A stretch of DNA of 33,023 nucleotides from Saprolegnia diclina VS20. Its lineage: Eukaryota. This document shows positions 32,194 to 33,023 of the stretch, one piece after another. The number at the start of each line of letters is the position of its first letter. Positions within the stretch are counted from its first letter, which is position 1. Made by a program: the position numbers and the translations under genes. The notes beneath the pieces were generated by a model. It searched no databases, was not told the DNA's origin, and was given only the letters and a program-made list of their open reading frames with translations. The DNA lies in assembly GCF_000281045.1 (NCBI RefSeq), contig NW_008246089.1, positions 425,792 through 458,814 on the forward strand, written 5' to 3'.

Positions 32194-33023
32194 TTGAGGC
32201 GCCGAAAGCAAGGCGCAGAGGCCGTAGCGTCCACCACGATGGAGCACGTCGGTTGAACGCGGCCTTGGGAGGACGTCGAGCTCACTCGCTTTATAGCTAC
32301 GACAGGCGAGCAATGCGAGACGAGGCTTGGAGGCAACGACCTAGCAGGACATAGTACGTCAACACTGGACGACGAGGGGGTACGTCATAAGGGACAGAGA
32401 GCAGCGCGCCGACCCAAGGCCCGCCATCGGCTTCATCTTAAAGAGATAGCAATGCTACCCGATTCACACGCGCGCGAGGGTATGTGCCTCATCACGCCGT
32501 CGGCGGGTCGTGGGTCCGCGGCTGACAATTGCCAAATGAGCCAACCCGAGAGACGCTTCTCCCAGAGTAAAAGCAAGTCGCAGTCGCTTTTTCTCCAGCG
32601 ACAAAAGTAGTTGTAAAGACTGTTTGAAGCGACAGGAGCATCTCGTTTCTACGCTACTCGCAAAGCAACGCGTTGGCTCATTTGGCAATTGTCAGCCGCG
32701 GACCCACGACCCGCCGACGGCGTGATGAGGCACATACCCTCGCGCGCGTGTGAATCGGGTAGCATTGCTATCTCTTTAAGATGAAGCCGATGGCGGGCCT
32801 TGGGTCGGCGCGCTGCTCTCTGTCCCTTATGACGTACCCCCTCGTCGTCCAGTGTTGACGTACTATGTCCTGCTAGGTCGTTGCCTCCAAGCCTCGTCTC
32901 GCATTGCTCGCCTGTCGTAGCTATAAAGCGAGTGAGCTCGACGTCCTCCCAAGGCCGCGTTCAACCGACGTGCTCCATCGTGGTGGACGCTACGGCCTCT
33001 GCGCCTTGCTTTCGGCGCCTCAA
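32194..33023. repeat. Long inverted repeat: 352-bp arms (32194-32545 / 32672-33023) around a 126-bp spacer
   Basis: The arms are reverse complements (coordinates sum to 65217 at both ends) and I saw no mismatch by eye. Confidence 0.95.
32676..32691 (+). promoter_or_regulatory. Oomycete initiator/FPR-like core promoter (mirror copy at 32526-32541 on the minus strand)
   Basis: GCTCATTTGGCAATTG matches the oomycete core-promoter consensus GCTCATTYBNNNWTTY at 15 of 16 positions. Confidence 0.55.

Noticed and set aside
32715..32790. Hammerhead ribozyme, TPP riboswitch, SECIS or U3 snoRNA in the inverted-repeat arm
   Set aside because: The core is GUGAUGA rather than CUGAUGA and has no GAAA. TGAG..ATACCC lacks the downstream TPP CCUGAU..AAU..GCG consensus. 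There is no SECIS apical AA at the right spacing and no U3 box A/A' domain.
1..33023. CRISPR array, prokaryotic operon or defence system, tRNA/rRNA genes
   Set aside because: The sequence is eukaryotic with spliceosomal introns. I recognised no regularly spaced repeats or tRNA/rRNA signatures by eye.

Overview
This is eukaryotic, GC-rich, gene-dense genomic DNA with very short GT..AG introns and three assembly gaps. It is most consistent with a saprolegnialean oomycete (Saprolegnia/Achlya-like); that assignment is an inference from gene families, intron style and core-promoter motifs. It holds three members of an intronless ~1750-aa two-repeat multi-pass membrane protein family. Two of them (1-3411 on the minus strand, 21831-27286 on the plus strand) are near-identical and inverted around an ~18 kb block. 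That block contains an OST3/OST6 subunit, Nup133, a 7-exon chromodomain + RS-rich + ~6-TM protein with lamin-B-receptor-like architecture, CCT2, a mitochondrial-type bL25, an HMG-box/histone-fold fusion and the third, diverged family member. To the right are a dead LINE zf-RVT fragment, glucose-6-phosphate isomerase, an LMW phosphatase with the YwlE-type (phospho-arginine) P-loop, and a terminal 352-bp inverted repeat. Each arm of that repeat carries an outward-facing oomycete initiator, a stem-loop with a box-C motif and an intron-like segment. Exon structures were reconstructed by hand and no database searches were run.
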